Part shown: in pieces, positions 18,937 to 29,544 of the stretch
Position numbering within the stretch: position 1 is the first letter of the stretch
Layout of the letters: each line of letters begins with the position of its first letter
Assembly: GCA_965217035.1 (NCBI GenBank)
Contig: OZ244226.1
Location: 974,146 to 1,038,145 of the forward strand
Source of the DNA: Bacteriovoracaceae bacterium
GTDB taxonomy: Bacteria > Bdellovibrionota > Bacteriovoracia > Bacteriovoracales > Bacteriovoracaceae
Length of the DNA: 64,000 nucleotides
Direction: 5' to 3'
The notes under the pieces: model-generated
Database searches by the model: none
What the model saw: the letters and a program-made list of their open reading frames with translations, nothing else
What the model was told of the DNA's origin: nothing
Translations under genes and position numbers: made by a program

Positions 18937-20328
18937 CTAAGGGTAGAAAGGTGAGTTTCCTCTTTCTCTAGGTTCTGGTAATGGAGAATAATCAAAATAA
19001 ACCAACAAGTCATAGTGAACCTTTGGATTGAGAAAGACACCATCGACATAATGAGATGAGTGGTTTTCGTTTTGGAGCCACCATTTTTCTTTTTTACTTG
19101 CTGTTTTCCCTTTTACATTAACAAAGTAAGTACTTTTTCCATCACTTCTTCTTCTTAAGTAAAGATCTAAGGAATCTTTCGATTTCGGGGTCGAAAAGAA
19201 GTCTTCAAACTGAAGACCTGCAATCTTATATCCTGTTAAACCAATTGTTTTGTAGTTTTTTCCAAGCTCTCTCCTTAAAAAATAACCAGCAGATTGCAAA
19301 CCTCCAAGCTTCCACCAATCAGCCAAGTTTCCTCTTTTGTTCACATGAGAAGTGTGAGCGAGAACAACGGCTCTTTTAAAAGTTCCCTCTTGTTTCAGAA
19401 TAGCAAAAATATTTTGAGCTTGTGCTTTGTCCCTAGCAAGCCACCCTTTTTTAAAATCTCTTAATCTTAAGTCCCAGCCGTCATGCCAAGCAATTGAAGT
19501 ATTAATAAGAGTCAAGGCATTATAGTATTTCCACTTTCCAAACCGAGAAATTAATTGCTTTTTAGCTCTTAACAAGAAATTTAAAGTTATTCTTTGACCT
19601 CTCTTACAAGGAATATATCTTTTTACTGGAATCCGCTTTAACTCTCTAATCTTTGGAAGGTCATTTTCTCTGAAGTGTTCCCAACTATCTCGTCTGTCAT
19701 CATGGGCGACACAATTGCCTCTCATTAATGAGAGCCCTTCTTTTAATTTAAGAGAATTAACTAAAGATGAATAATCTTCTAACTTTCTTTGCAACTCCCA
19801 AGGTCTTTCCCATGTATCAAATCCTCTTACTGAAACCCTTTTCTTTTTAGGAACTCGTGAATTATACCGGCAAAGCCACTTTAAAAATTGTTCATCTTCA
19901 GCACTCGGAAAATAAAGAGCCTTTAAAACATCAGAAATATTCCCTTTACAACTTTTCACATAACGAGAAATAGGAATTGATCTTCTGATAGGATTCTCAA
20001 GGAAAACTAATCGAATTCCTCTTTTGAGAATCAAAAACTTTAGATATTTATACTGAAACTTTAAGTAATTCAATGAGCCATGAACACTTTCCCCCACTCC
20101 AATTAAGCGAGCATTTCCAATAATTGAATCTAATCGATAAAAGTCTGAGAAATCATTATTATTGAATTCTAAGTTTTTAATTTTTTTTATATTGAAATCA
20201 TTGTGGATTATTTGTTGAGCACTTAAAGTCAGTGAAATAAACAGAAAATGAAAAATAAAAACCTTTTTCCCTAACACAAGCTTCTCCTTAGACATATTTG
20301 GCAAATAAAGTATCAATGGGTGTTTCAA
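18937..20328 (-). CDS. Erythromycin esterase (EreA/ChaN-like) family protein
   Basis: ARLIGVGESVHGS, LVFLE, ARDKAQAQN, VVLAHTSHV, ELGKNYKTIG. Confidence 0.85.
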   Translation of the reverse strand: MKHPLILYLPNMSKEKLVLGKKVFIFHFLFISLTLSAQQIIHNDFNIKKIKNLEFNNNDFSDFYRLDSIIGNARLIGVGESVHGSLNYLKFQYKYLKFLILKRGIRLVFLENPIRRSIPISRYVKSCKGNISDVLKALYFPSAEDEQFLKWLCRYNSRVPKKKRVSVRGFDTWERPWELQRKLEDYSSLVNSLKLKEGLSLMRGNCVAHDDRRDSWEHFRENDLPKIRELKRIPVKRYIPCKRGQRITLNFLLRAKKQLISRFGKWKYYNALTLINTSIAWHDGWDLRLRDFKKGWLARDKAQAQNIFAILKQEGTFKRAVVLAHTSHVNKRGNLADWWKLGGLQSAGYFLRRELGKNYKTIGLTGYKIAGLQFEDFFSTPKSKDSLDLYLRRRSDGKSTYFVNVKGKTASKKEKWWLQNENHSSHYVDGVFLNPKVHYDLLVYFDYSPLPEPRERGNSPFYP

Positions 20329-20368
20329 TTAGCAAATAAAGAAAATCAATAACGGCTATTTCTGATTT

Positions 20369-20899
20369 TTAAAAAGAACTCCCTGGTTGTTTTAAAAACT
20401 CAATTTCCTCTTCTGTTGATTCTCTACCCAAAGTGTCATTTCGATGAGGATAACGTCCAAATCGATCGATAATTTTTTTATGAGCAATTTCATAACTCAT
20501 ATTAGGCAGATCTTTGAAAAGCTCCATCGCTTTCTCATGAACTTCTTTTGATTCACTATGCATATAAGGCATATAAAGAAATGCGCGTTCTGTATCAGAA
20601 AGTTCTTTATCAAAACCTTTCTCAATCGCAAGTTCAGAGCATTTCAAAGCTAATTCATCAGAGGCGAAAGCAGCTGGAGTATTCCTGAACATATTTCGAG
20701 AAAATTGATCGAGAACAAGAATTTCGGCAAGAGATCCCTTGGCCGTTTCACGCCAAGTTTCTAGCTCTCCATTGTGAGACGCTTGGTGATAAGACTCAAA
20801 TCGAGTCTTGATAGCCTTATCGAGATTATCATCTTTCTTATACCAGTCTTTGGTCTCGAGTTCTAAGAACCAAAAATTTAAAATGTCTTCTGGCTTCAT
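20369..20899 (-). CDS. DUF924 family protein
   Basis: ILNFWF, LDQFSRNMFR, FLYMPYMHSE, IDRFGRYPHRN..LGRESTEEE. Confidence 0.95.
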   Translation of the reverse strand: MKPEDILNFWFLELETKDWYKKDDNLDKAIKTRFESYHQASHNGELETWRETAKGSLAEILVLDQFSRNMFRNTPAAFASDELALKCSELAIEKGFDKELSDTERAFLYMPYMHSESKEVHEKAMELFKDLPNMSYEIAHKKIIDRFGRYPHRNDTLGRESTEEEIEFLKQPGSSF

Positions 20900-21849
20900 G
20901 CCTTAACCTCATTAAGAAGAGTATTATTATTGAAGAACTCACGGATTTGATTCACGGCCATTTCACCTACTCTTACTTGAGCCTCTTCCGTACTCCCACC
21001 AAGATGAGGAGTTAAGATAAGATTCGAAAGCCCATGGAGTTCAGTTTTTTCTTTAAGTGGTTCAGTAGAAAAGACATCAAGAGCAGCTGATATATTTCCT
21101 TCTTTAAGAGTCGTAACTAAGTCAACTTCATTCACAATTCCACCTCGAGCGGCATTTATTAACACAGCTCCCTTCTTCATTTTTGAAAGTAAGGTCGCAT
21201 TCACAAGATTGCGAGTATGATCATTAAGCGGAACATGAACAGAGATCACATCACTATTTTTAAAAAGCTCTTCAAGATTTTCTGTTCTCTTAATATTGTC
21301 ATATGGAATATTGTGTTCCGCTATGAATGGATCGAAATAAGTAATCTCTGGCTCAAAGCCCGAAATCCTTCTAGCAAAGAGTTGTCCGATTCTACCAAAG
21401 CCAACAACACCAATTTTTTTATTCCAAAGTTCATTGCCGGTGAACGAAGCCTTATCCCAAGTCCCTGTTTGCATCGATTCATTGGCCCAAGCCGTTTTTC
21501 GAAGCAGCGTCATAGCTAAAGCTACTGCATGTTCAGCCGCTGAATTATTATTCGCTCCTGGGGTATTCGAAACTTTAATCCCAACCTCTTCACAGTAAGC
21601 TTTATCAATATTATCTGTTCCCTCTCCAGCTCGGATGATGTATTTCACATTAGGACAATCAGCAAGAAACTCTTTTGTCGTCTTTGTGGCAGAGCGAATA
21701 ATTAAAGCTGACGCTTTTTTCTTTTCTTCAGCAATAACCTCTTGAGAGTTTTTAGGCTCTGGAAACACTTCGAAGTTTGAATCATTTTTAAGGTCAGCAA
21801 AGACATTTTTGTCCATACCATCGCAAACAAGAATATATGGCTTAGTCAT
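20896..21849 (-). CDS. D-isomer-specific 2-hydroxyacid dehydrogenase (SerA-like, no ACT domain)
   Basis: RAGEGTDNID, GVVGFGRIG, NAARG, DVF..EP, TPHLGGST. Confidence 0.92.
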   Translation of the reverse strand: MTKPYILVCDGMDKNVFADLKNDSNFEVFPEPKNSQEVIAEEKKKASALIIRSATKTTKEFLADCPNVKYIIRAGEGTDNIDKAYCEEVGIKVSNTPGANNNSAAEHAVALAMTLLRKTAWANESMQTGTWDKASFTGNELWNKKIGVVGFGRIGQLFARRISGFEPEITYFDPFIAEHNIPYDNIKRTENLEELFKNSDVISVHVPLNDHTRNLVNATLLSKMKKGAVLINAARGGIVNEVDLVTTLKEGNISAALDVFSTEPLKEKTELHGLSNLILTPHLGGSTEEAQVRVGEMAVNQIREFFNNNTLLNEVKA

Positions 21850-21915
21850 AAAGAATCTCCTGGTGGGGTTACCAAGATATTAAAGAAGACAATGAACTGG
21901 ATGACAAGACCGCAC

Positions 21916-21944
21916 AAAAAAAAGCCCCCTGATAAACAGAGGGC
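21916..21944 (-). terminator. Intrinsic terminator after hppA
   Basis: Minus strand GCCCTCTG-TTTAT-CAGGGGGC followed by T8. Confidence 0.8.
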
Positions 21945-21973
21945 CAAATGTATTCAATTTAAAATTATCAAAA

Positions 21974-23983
21974 CTACATTAAAAGTGGAGCGATAACAAG
22001 AGAAACGATCGACATCAACTTAACGAGGATGTTCATCGCTGGCCCTGAAGTATCTTTGAATGGATCTCCAACAGTATCACCTGTAACCGCGGCTTTGTGA
22101 GCCTCAGTTCCTTTCTCTTCACCTTCAACGTGACCTTGCTCGATTGCTTTCTTAGCGTTATCCCAAGCACCACCAGCATTGGCCATGAAAAGTGCTAGAA
22201 GAACACCTGTAACAGTTGCACCAGCAAGCATACCACCAAGAGCTTCTTTCCCGAGAACAAATCCAATAACGATTGGAGCAAGAACAGCAACCATACCTGG
22301 AGCGATCATTTCTTTAAGAGCGGCATCCGTAGCGATAGCAACACATCTTTCAGTATCAGGTTTCCCTGTTCCTTCCATGATTCCTTTAATTTCTCTGAAC
22401 TGTCGTCTTACTTCTTCAACCATTGATTGAGCAGCAGCACCAACAGAGTTCATTGTGTTCGCACCAACGTAGAATGGAAGAACTCCACCTAAGAAAAGTC
22501 CGATAACAACTTTAGGCTCCATGATATTAATAGACTCAAGTCCAACAGCACTTGAATAAGCAGAGAACATTGCAAGTGCTGTAAGAGCAGCAGATCCAAT
22601 TGCGAATCCTTTTCCAACTGCAGCTGTCGTGTTTCCAATTGAATCAAGACCGTCTGTAATTTTTCTAACTTCTGGTCCAAGTTCACTCATTTCAGCGATT
22701 CCACCAGCGTTATCAGAGATCGGTCCGTAAGCATCAACTGTCATAGTAATACCTGTTGTTGCAAGCATCCCAACGGCAGCAATACCGATTCCGTAAAGAC
22801 CAGAGAAATCGTTTGCAAAATAAATAGCAGCACCAATGATGATGATAGGGATAATACAAGAGTACATACCAACAGCAATACCAGCGATGATGTTTGTTGC
22901 AGGTCCAGTTTTCCCTGCTTTAGCAACACGAAGAACTGGCTTGAAATCACCAGAAGTATAATATTCAGTAGCAAACCCAATTCCAAGACCTGCAAGCGAT
23001 CCAATAACCATTGCATAGAATGGACCCATCGCTGTAGGAAATTGAGTAAAGGCCATAGAATCTACAACAAACCAAGAACCTGCAAAAAGACCTACAATAC
23101 CAACAATTGGAGTAATTCTTAACGCCCATGCTGGATCAGAGTTTTTAAGGACGCTCATAGTAAGAATTGCAAGAACAGAAGCAAGTAATCCAATAGAAGC
23201 AACAATTAAAGGAAGAGCAACTGCTCCCTCGGCAAACTCAAGAGTTGAACCGATGAACATTGTTGCAATAATCGAGCCTGCATAAGATTCGAAAATATCA
23301 GCCCCCATGCCCGCTGTATCACCAACGTTATCACCAACATTATCAGCAATCGTTGCAGGGTTTCTAGGATCATCTTCTGGAATTCCTGCTTCAACTTTTC
23401 CAACAAGGTCAGCACCAACATCAGCAGCTTTCGTATAGATACCACCACCAACTCTTGCGAAAAGAGCAATCGATGAAGCACCCATTGCAAAACCGTTGAG
23501 AGCTGTAATGAATTCAAGTCCTAAAGTATTATAAGCAACTGCAACACCAAGAAGTCCTAGAGAAGCAACTGTCATTCCCATAACTGAACCACCAAAGAAA
23601 GCAACTGAAAGAGCTTTTCCTTGTCCGTGTTCAGCAGCAGCTTGTGCTGTTCTTACGTTTGATTTTGTAGCAGCCTTCATTCCCATGAAGCCACAAAGCA
23701 TTGAAGCAAAAGCTCCAACGAGGTAACAAACCGCTGTTGCGGTAGAGAGTTTCCAAGCAATCAGTCCAGCAACAACACCAAGAAACACAACGAGTAACGT
23801 GTACTCTTTTCTCAAAAATGTCATTGAACCTGATTCAATCAGCCCTGCAATCTCAGTCATCTTCGCGTTACCCGCTGGTTGACCTTTGATTTTAATGTAA
23901 GTTGCTACTGCGAACATAAAGCCAAAGCCGGCTATTATGGGGCTGTAGTTAAAGAAGCTCATCGCCGCATCCATAAAAATCAC
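21974..23983 (-). CDS. hppA: Membrane-bound pyrophosphatase, K+-dependent type (probably Na+-pumping)
   Basis: [33 protein letters not shown] (Ala = K+-dependent signature), [10 protein letters not shown]. Confidence 0.97.
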   Translation of the reverse strand: MIFMDAAMSFFNYSPIIAGFGFMFAVATYIKIKGQPAGNAKMTEIAGLIESGSMTFLRKEYTLLVVFLGVVAGLIAWKLSTATAVCYLVGAFASMLCGFMGMKAATKSNVRTAQAAAEHGQGKALSVAFFGGSVMGMTVASLGLLGVAVAYNTLGLEFITALNGFAMGASSIALFARVGGGIYTKAADVGADLVGKVEAGIPEDDPRNPATIADNVGDNVGDTAGMGADIFESYAGSIIATMFIGSTLEFAEGAVALPLIVASIGLLASVLAILTMSVLKNSDPAWALRITPIVGIVGLFAGSWFVVDSMAFTQFPTAMGPFYAMVIGSLAGLGIGFATEYYTSGDFKPVLRVAKAGKTGPATNIIAGIAVGMYSCIIPIIIIGAAIYFANDFSGLYGIGIAAVGMLATTGITMTVDAYGPISDNAGGIAEMSELGPEVRKITDGLDSIGNTTAAVGKGFAIGSAALTALAMFSAYSSAVGLESINIMEPKVVIGLFLGGVLPFYVGANTMNSVGAAAQSMVEEVRRQFREIKGIMEGTGKPDTERCVAIATDAALKEMIAPGMVAVLAPIVIGFVLGKEALGGMLAGATVTGVLLALFMANAGGAWDNAKKAIEQGHVEGEEKGTEAHKAAVTGDTVGDPFKDTSGPAMNILVKLMSIVSLVIAPLLM

Positions 23984-24083
23984 CTTTTAATCGTTATTGG
24001 TTAATAATAAACTAAATATAATTTTAACTATTTAGCTGTTTCTCAATTAAATAAATAGATAGATACTGCATAATGGAAATATA

Positions 24084-25691
24084 GTGAAAAATAGTCAAGC
24101 ATTAGTTCTTCTCTCATCGATAAAACTGGCATTAGCCACCTTTATTAGTAGAGTCCTCGGACTCGTTAGAGAACTGTTGATTGCGAGATTCTTCGGTGCG
24201 TCAGGAATGACCGATGCTTTCTATGTCGCTTACAGAATCCCTAACCTTTTGAGAGATCTTTTTGCAGAAGGTGGATTTTCCGCTGCCTTTGTTCCTATCT
24301 TCACAGAAGCAAAAGTTGAAAACGATGAGGAATCAAAACTTCGGCTTTTTCGCTCTGCTTTCTGGAGTCTTTTCCTCGTCACAAGCTTATTTTCTGTTCT
24401 TATTTTTTTTCTTTCAGAGAACTTAGTCACTTGGTTTGCACCAAGCTTTGTTGATGACCCAGAAAAGTTTGATCTTACTGTAAGCATGGTCAAAATCGTT
24501 GCCCCTTTTCTCTTTTTTATTTCTTTGGCAGCTCTCTTGATGGGAGTTCTTAATACCCATAAAGTTTTCTTTCTTCCTGCAGTAACACCTGCTTTTTTGA
24601 ATGTATCTGTCATTACATCCATTCTTTTTTTGACCGATTACTTTGTAAAAAAAGAAATGCCAGGAATTTATTCGGTTGCTGTCGGAATCTTAGTTGGTGG
24701 AAGCTTACAATTCTTGCTTCAAGTTCCAAAAACGATCTCACTTGGCTTTAAGTTTGTCCCTACATTTACCTTACTCACTCCACGAGTAAAGAAGATATTA
24801 AAAAAGATGGGTCCCGGACTTGTTGGTTTTTCAGTCAATCAGATCAATCTGCTTGTAAATACAATCCTTGCCACAGGAGCAGGCGTAGGAGCTGTTTCTT
24901 GGCTTAATTATGGGTTTCGTCTTTTTCAATTTCCATCAGGAGTTCTGGCCGTCTCACTTGGAAGCTCCCATCTCGTCTATTTTGCCGATGCCTGGAAAAA
25001 AGGACAAAAAGAGGAAGCGAAGAAAATTTTTCAATCCACTTTAACAACTTCCCTTGCCCTTTTAGTTCCCGTCGCTTTTATCACTCTCTATTACAGTGAT
25101 TGGATTGTGAGTTTAATTTTCGAAGGAGGAAAATTCACAAGCAAGGACACTTCGAAAGCAGCTGTTGCACTTTCACTTTACGCGCTCGCTATTCCCCTAG
25201 AGGGAATCAAGAAAATAACGATTCCCCTTTTTTATTCAGTTGATAAAGAAAAAGTTCAAGTCGGCATTTCCATTTTCGCCATTCTTTTTAATATTACGAT
25301 TGCCTATAGTTTTATGAATCACTTTAGTTTCAAAGGCGAATATGAATCACTTAACGAATTTAAGTATGCTTTGCTTGCTCTTTCACTATCACTCTCCTCA
25401 TTTTTAAGTATTTCCATTCAGCTTGCTTATTTAAAAAAATTCCTTCAGTTGAACTGGTCTTCTTTTATAAATCCTCGAACTTTGAAAATAGTGATCATTG
25501 GAATCCTTGCTCCCTATGGCGGATCTAAATTCTTCAAACCTGATTGGTTTTTCCAAATTGGGAAGTTAAAACAATTACTTTTGTTTATTTCTGTTGCTTC
25601 AGCACTTCTCTCACTTTTTGCAGTATTGCTTGTGATACTGGGAGAAAGGGAGATCCTCGATAAAGTTCTGAAAAAGCTCAAGAAAAAGTAG
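24084..25691 (+). CDS. murJ: Lipid II flippase MurJ
   Basis: SRVLGLVRE, DAFYVAYRIPNLLRDLFAEGGFSAAFVP, RLFQFP. Confidence 0.96.
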   Translation: MKNSQALVLLSSIKLALATFISRVLGLVRELLIARFFGASGMTDAFYVAYRIPNLLRDLFAEGGFSAAFVPIFTEAKVENDEESKLRLFRSAFWSLFLVTSLFSVLIFFLSENLVTWFAPSFVDDPEKFDLTVSMVKIVAPFLFFISLAALLMGVLNTHKVFFLPAVTPAFLNVSVITSILFLTDYFVKKEMPGIYSVAVGILVGGSLQFLLQVPKTISLGFKFVPTFTLLTPRVKKILKKMGPGLVGFSVNQINLLVNTILATGAGVGAVSWLNYGFRLFQFPSGVLAVSLGSSHLVYFADAWKKGQKEEAKKIFQSTLTTSLALLVPVAFITLYYSDWIVSLIFEGGKFTSKDTSKAAVALSLYALAIPLEGIKKITIPLFYSVDKEKVQVGISIFAILFNITIAYSFMNHFSFKGEYESLNEFKYALLALSLSLSSFLSISIQLAYLKKFLQLNWSSFINPRTLKIVIIGILAPYGGSKFFKPDWFFQIGKLKQLLLFISVASALLSLFAVLLVILGEREILDKVLKKLKKK

Positions 25692-25779
25692 AATATTAAT
25701 CTGAATTAATGTTGTAGGACTGCTCTTATTTGAGATACACTGCACATGAATAAATCTTAAGACACTAAAAAGGTCAAAA

Positions 25780-26223
25780 ATGAAAACGGACTTCGATACA
25801 CTGCTGGCCCTCGGGCGATACATTCTCAGCCATCTCCAAGAAGCTAATATAGCGGAATTTCCGATCGATAAAAGAGCTGATCTTATCGATTCGCTTGCGA
25901 CGGAATTGGGAGTAAGTTTTTCAACGGATGAGGATATTAAAGATCAAGCAATTGAAGAAGTTCAAGAAAAGTTTGGTGAGGACATCCCTGATGACATCAC
26001 TGAAACTGAAATGTATAACCATGCTCGAAAAGAGATCATTAAATCTTTCAGCGGTGAAAATATCTCCGGTCTCTACCTCATGGAATCACTTCACCATGTA
26101 GCTCTTCGAATCAAAGATTACCTACTCAGTAATGATGATATTGAAGAAGTTTACGCGACTGATTTGGAGTTGATCGATTTCTTAGTTGATAAACTTAGAA
26201 AGTTTTCGATTAAAAGAGCTTAA
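25780..26223 (+). CDS. Acidic hypothetical protein (DUF507-like)
   Basis: Repeated helical pattern ending DDIEEVYATDLEL; family call from recall only. Confidence 0.6.
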   Translation: MKTDFDTLLALGRYILSHLQEANIAEFPIDKRADLIDSLATELGVSFSTDEDIKDQAIEEVQEKFGEDIPDDITETEMYNHARKEIIKSFSGENISGLYLMESLHHVALRIKDYLLSNDDIEEVYATDLELIDFLVDKLRKFSIKRA

Positions 26224-26612
26224 TTACAAAATCGAAATAAATATCCGTCCGGATCCTGAACAATGAATTGTGTTTGGGTAATTATAGTACTGTTCTTTCT
26301 ATATTCTTTCGTTTCTATTTCAAGATATATAGACTCTTTACGAACTCTCAAAATATGATCGTAAAACTTTTCGATTTCACTTACTTCCCATTGGAAGTTA
26401 ACTCCTCTTCCAAAAGGCTTCTCTAGTTTTTCCGTTATCCACTTGCGATCAGCCGAATCGAACTGTTCTACCATGATGCCAATTCCTTCTCTTGCGAAGT
26501 AGATAAAAAGATCCTCACTCCTTTCATATTTGACTTCCATTTGAAGAACATTAAGATAAAAATTGCGAGTCACTTCTAAGTCAGTGCAATAGATTTCTGG
26601 AACAACTTTCAT
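26220..26612 (-). CDS. VOC/glyoxalase (bleomycin-resistance-like) protein
   Basis: VPEIY..FY..L, PFGRGVNFQ, QFIVQDPDGYLFRF. Confidence 0.92.
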   Translation of the reverse strand: MKVVPEIYCTDLEVTRNFYLNVLQMEVKYERSEDLFIYFAREGIGIMVEQFDSADRKWITEKLEKPFGRGVNFQWEVSEIEKFYDHILRVRKESIYLEIETKEYRKNSTIITQTQFIVQDPDGYLFRFCN

Positions 26613-26654
26613 AAAATTATCTCAACTTAACTTTTAAAATAAAGATTACCTTTT

Positions 26655-27257
26655 TCAAGAAAGCTTAGCATTCACCAGAGCTTCTTCAAAATATGGTCCC
26701 TCAACACAACCATTAAGAACAGAACTCATACTCGAACAAATATACTTTTGATTACTGTCTTTTAATTGAAAAACAACAAGATCAAGGTAGACTCGCTTTG
26801 TCTGATCCTGAGTTCCGATTCCTTCACAGCGATAAAAGTCTGAAACTTTTTCTCGAAATTTTAAATTTCGAAAAAGATATTCTGCTTTTTTGGTCTCAGC
26901 AAAACTTTCATAACTATTGTCGAGTTCAACCTTAAGTTCTCTCAAATAAGCTTCTGCTACTACTTGAGCACTTCCCTCGAGCTCTTTGAGAAGAAAAATT
27001 CCTTCCCAGTCGTAACGTGTATCCGCTCTGTGAAAGACAAGTTCATCAACTTTTTTTGACTTTAATCCCCACCAATTTGCTATAAGTAGCTTAATTTGGC
27101 CTAGAACTATAAAGTGAGCATCTTCTTTGTAATTTTTTTTCTCATTTTTTATAACCCATGCGGAATAAATACCGATAAGTATCAAGAAGAGAAAAATTGC
27201 CCATTCTAAAAAAATAGAATAGTCAGGCTTAAAAGATGAAGGCGGAGGAGTGTACAA
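26655..27257 (-). CDS. Hypothetical membrane-anchored protein
   Basis: N-terminal TM; AGGAG upstream of TTG start. Confidence 0.7.
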   Translation of the reverse strand: MYTPPPSSFKPDYSIFLEWAIFLFLILIGIYSAWVIKNEKKNYKEDAHFIVLGQIKLLIANWWGLKSKKVDELVFHRADTRYDWEGIFLLKELEGSAQVVAEAYLRELKVELDNSYESFAETKKAEYLFRNLKFREKVSDFYRCEGIGTQDQTKRVYLDLVVFQLKDSNQKYICSSMSSVLNGCVEGPYFEEALVNAKLS

Positions 27258-27366
27258 TCCCTTACTCCTTTACTCGGATTAGAAGCTTTTGCAAATTTTT
27301 CCATAAAGAAAATGTGTTAACATATAAGATATAATACTTATCGGAGAATCAAAAAGGAAAATTCTT

Positions 27367-29109
27367 ATGACTAAGTTATGCCTTCTATTACTACCACTGA
27401 TTTCACTGATCATTTCCGATGCCTATTCACAACAATATGGAAAACGAGACGCGATTATTCGCCAATGTGAAGGTCAATATGGCGGAGAAGTAAAATTCGG
27501 ACAACAAATTACTAAAACCATAAATGGTGTGAAACATGTTTGTTACTCAGATGTAAAATGTGTTGAAGAATCAGAAGGTGGTTATATTAGAATTTTACAA
27601 CCCTTGAAAGACGCTTGTGTTTCTAAAGCAACATTAGATAAAGAAAGAGAAAACCTAAACAGAAGACTTTTTCTAGGACAACCGAATTGTCTCACGGGTG
27701 TGAACGGTAATGGAAACGGAGGGCTTAACTGCGGAAATGGAAATGTTGATATCGGTGGTGGGCTTGTCGTTGGTGGAACCTCTATCCCGGCACAATGCTC
27801 AAGAGAATACCGTAAATTTTTAAAGGCTCGTGATAAGTACTTTTCGAAAGGAAAGGGCGGAGGTTTTCTTATCTTCGTTAAAAGTCGTCAGAAAAGATAT
27901 CAGAAATGGAAAAAGAAGCTTCAGAAATGCCTTTTCTCATATGGTGGAGCAAGTTGTCTTGAAGCAAGTTTCGTAAAAAAGAAGGCTTCTTGCTTTAACG
28001 GGGTTGCCGGAATTTCAATAGGCCCCGGGAATCAAGTTATCTTCAACGGGGGAACAGGATCAACAGATTGTTCAGTTGGAGGAAGATGTCTGAGTAATGC
28101 AGAAATTGAATTACTACTTGCTGACTATTACGAAGAAGACTGTGATGAATGTGATGCTCGTAAGGAAAGAAGAAGAAATAAAAGAAATAGAAGAGGTGGC
28201 GGAGGTGGAAATGCAGCTGGAATTATCAGTTCAATTCTAAACCCACTCGCTTATTTTGGATCAAATTATTTTGGTGCTAAGTTTTCAGCAGATGCAGTAA
28301 GCGCAGGAGCAGAAGCTTGTGCAACAGCTTACAACTCTTACACAGGTTCAATTGATACCATTAATAATAATATTGCGACTGAAAATGCCAACGTTAGATC
28401 TCCAGGAGGACTTCCTCTTATTGGATATACTGACCCAAGAACTCCAAGATGTAATGGGCATAATCTAGGAGCTTTCGCGGGAATTGGAGGGTTTGGTTTT
28501 GGAGGAAACACCTTCCAGAATGGCTTAGGTTATAACCCACTCTTTCCACAGTCTTACCTCGGTTTCAATCAAGGAGTCAGTGGCTTTAATCCATATGGTG
28601 GTCTCGGTGGAATGGTTGGTCTTAATATTGGCATTGGGGGTCAACTCCCTGGTGGTCAATTTGGTTTTGGTTCCCCTTGGCAACAAGGTGGATTCTACAG
28701 ACCTGGCGGAGCTGGCTGGATGGCCGGAGCTAATGGTCACCTCCCTTATGGCGGAGCTTTCGGCGGGATTGGAGGCGGTAACCCATGGGGAGCAGGTGGA
28801 GCTTTTGGAGCTGGAGGATTCGGCGGGTTTGGCGGCGGCGGAGCCTGGGGGCAGCCTGGATGGGGAGGAAACGGTTGGGGTAACGGAGCTTGGGGTGCAG
28901 GCTTTGGAGTCTCTCAAAGAAACTTCCAAAATCCACAAGGTGCTTTACAGCAAACTCAACTTCAGCAACAAGCGAGAATGAGAGATGCCCAATATTATGG
29001 AAATAGAGCTTTTGGTGCAAGCAGCTTTGGTTTCGGAGGGGCAGGATTTAATGGAATGCCATTTTACAACACTCCTTATGCGACACCTCCATTCGCACCA
29101 TTCAGATAA
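27367..29109 (+). CDS. Secreted protein: Cys-rich N-half, Gly/aromatic/Gln low-complexity C-half
   Basis: Signal peptide (..SDAYS), 16 Cys in the mature part, CDEC-RKERRRNKRNRR-GGGGG hinge, about 235-aa G/F/W/N/Q/P tail. Confidence 0.88.
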   Translation: MTKLCLLLLPLISLIISDAYSQQYGKRDAIIRQCEGQYGGEVKFGQQITKTINGVKHVCYSDVKCVEESEGGYIRILQPLKDACVSKATLDKERENLNRRLFLGQPNCLTGVNGNGNGGLNCGNGNVDIGGGLVVGGTSIPAQCSREYRKFLKARDKYFSKGKGGGFLIFVKSRQKRYQKWKKKLQKCLFSYGGASCLEASFVKKKASCFNGVAGISIGPGNQVIFNGGTGSTDCSVGGRCLSNAEIELLLADYYEEDCDECDARKERRRNKRNRRGGGGGNAAGIISSILNPLAYFGSNYFGAKFSADAVSAGAEACATAYNSYTGSIDTINNNIATENANVRSPGGLPLIGYTDPRTPRCNGHNLGAFAGIGGFGFGGNTFQNGLGYNPLFPQSYLGFNQGVSGFNPYGGLGGMVGLNIGIGGQLPGGQFGFGSPWQQGGFYRPGGAGWMAGANGHLPYGGAFGGIGGGNPWGAGGAFGAGGFGGFGGGGAWGQPGWGGNGWGNGAWGAGFGVSQRNFQNPQGALQQTQLQQQARMRDAQYYGNRAFGASSFGFGGAGFNGMPFYNTPYATPPFAPFR

Positions 29110-29129
29110 AAATTTATTCTTTTAAAAAT

Positions 29130-29161
29130 AAAAAAGCCTCCGAAATTCGAAGGCTTTTTTT
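29130..29161. terminator. Bidirectional intrinsic terminator
   Basis: A6-GCCTCCGA-AAT-TCGAAGGC-T7 between convergent genes. Confidence 0.85.
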
Positions 29162-29182
29162 ATATAAGAATTTTAAATGTAC

Positions 29183-29434
29183 TTATTTTCCGTGAACAAG
29201 AGTTTTGATTTCTGTTTCGAAGATAACTTCTATTTTCTCATTATCAATATGTGATTTCACAACTCCCCTACCGAAAGTTTTGTGATCAATCACTTCTCCA
29301 ATCTCAAATTTATTCTTAATTGAATAAGAACGAGAATCAGCCTCAGAAGTCGCAATCCCTTCAACCCATTGGTCATTTATAGATTGTGCACTGCTTTTAG
29401 TTTTTCTTTTCGTTGTTTTCTTTTTAGTGGCCAT
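29183..29434 (-). CDS. Small basic protein with UvrD/PcrA C-terminal (Tudor/SH3-like) motif
   Basis: FEIGEVIDHKTFGRGVV...KIEVIF..EIKTL; Lys-rich N-terminus. Confidence 0.75.
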   Translation of the reverse strand: MATKKKTTKRKTKSSAQSINDQWVEGIATSEADSRSYSIKNKFEIGEVIDHKTFGRGVVKSHIDNEKIEVIFETEIKTLVHGK

Positions 29435-29544
29435 AGATTCCCTTAAATAATTTTTAGTACAATATCGATCTCTTTGCTTTCCGTAAAGTTAAACCCTAGA
29501 ATTTAGTAAGAATTGTCACGAAAAAGGGTATTTAGAGGCCTTTA

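Noticed and set aside
18937..20328. Macrolide resistance gene
   Set aside because: Only family-level motifs; exported and divergent, with no mobile context, so a resistance function is unsupported
28525..29020. Three overlapping alternative-frame ORFs
   Set aside because: Stop-poor shadows of the Gly-rich (GGN) coding region
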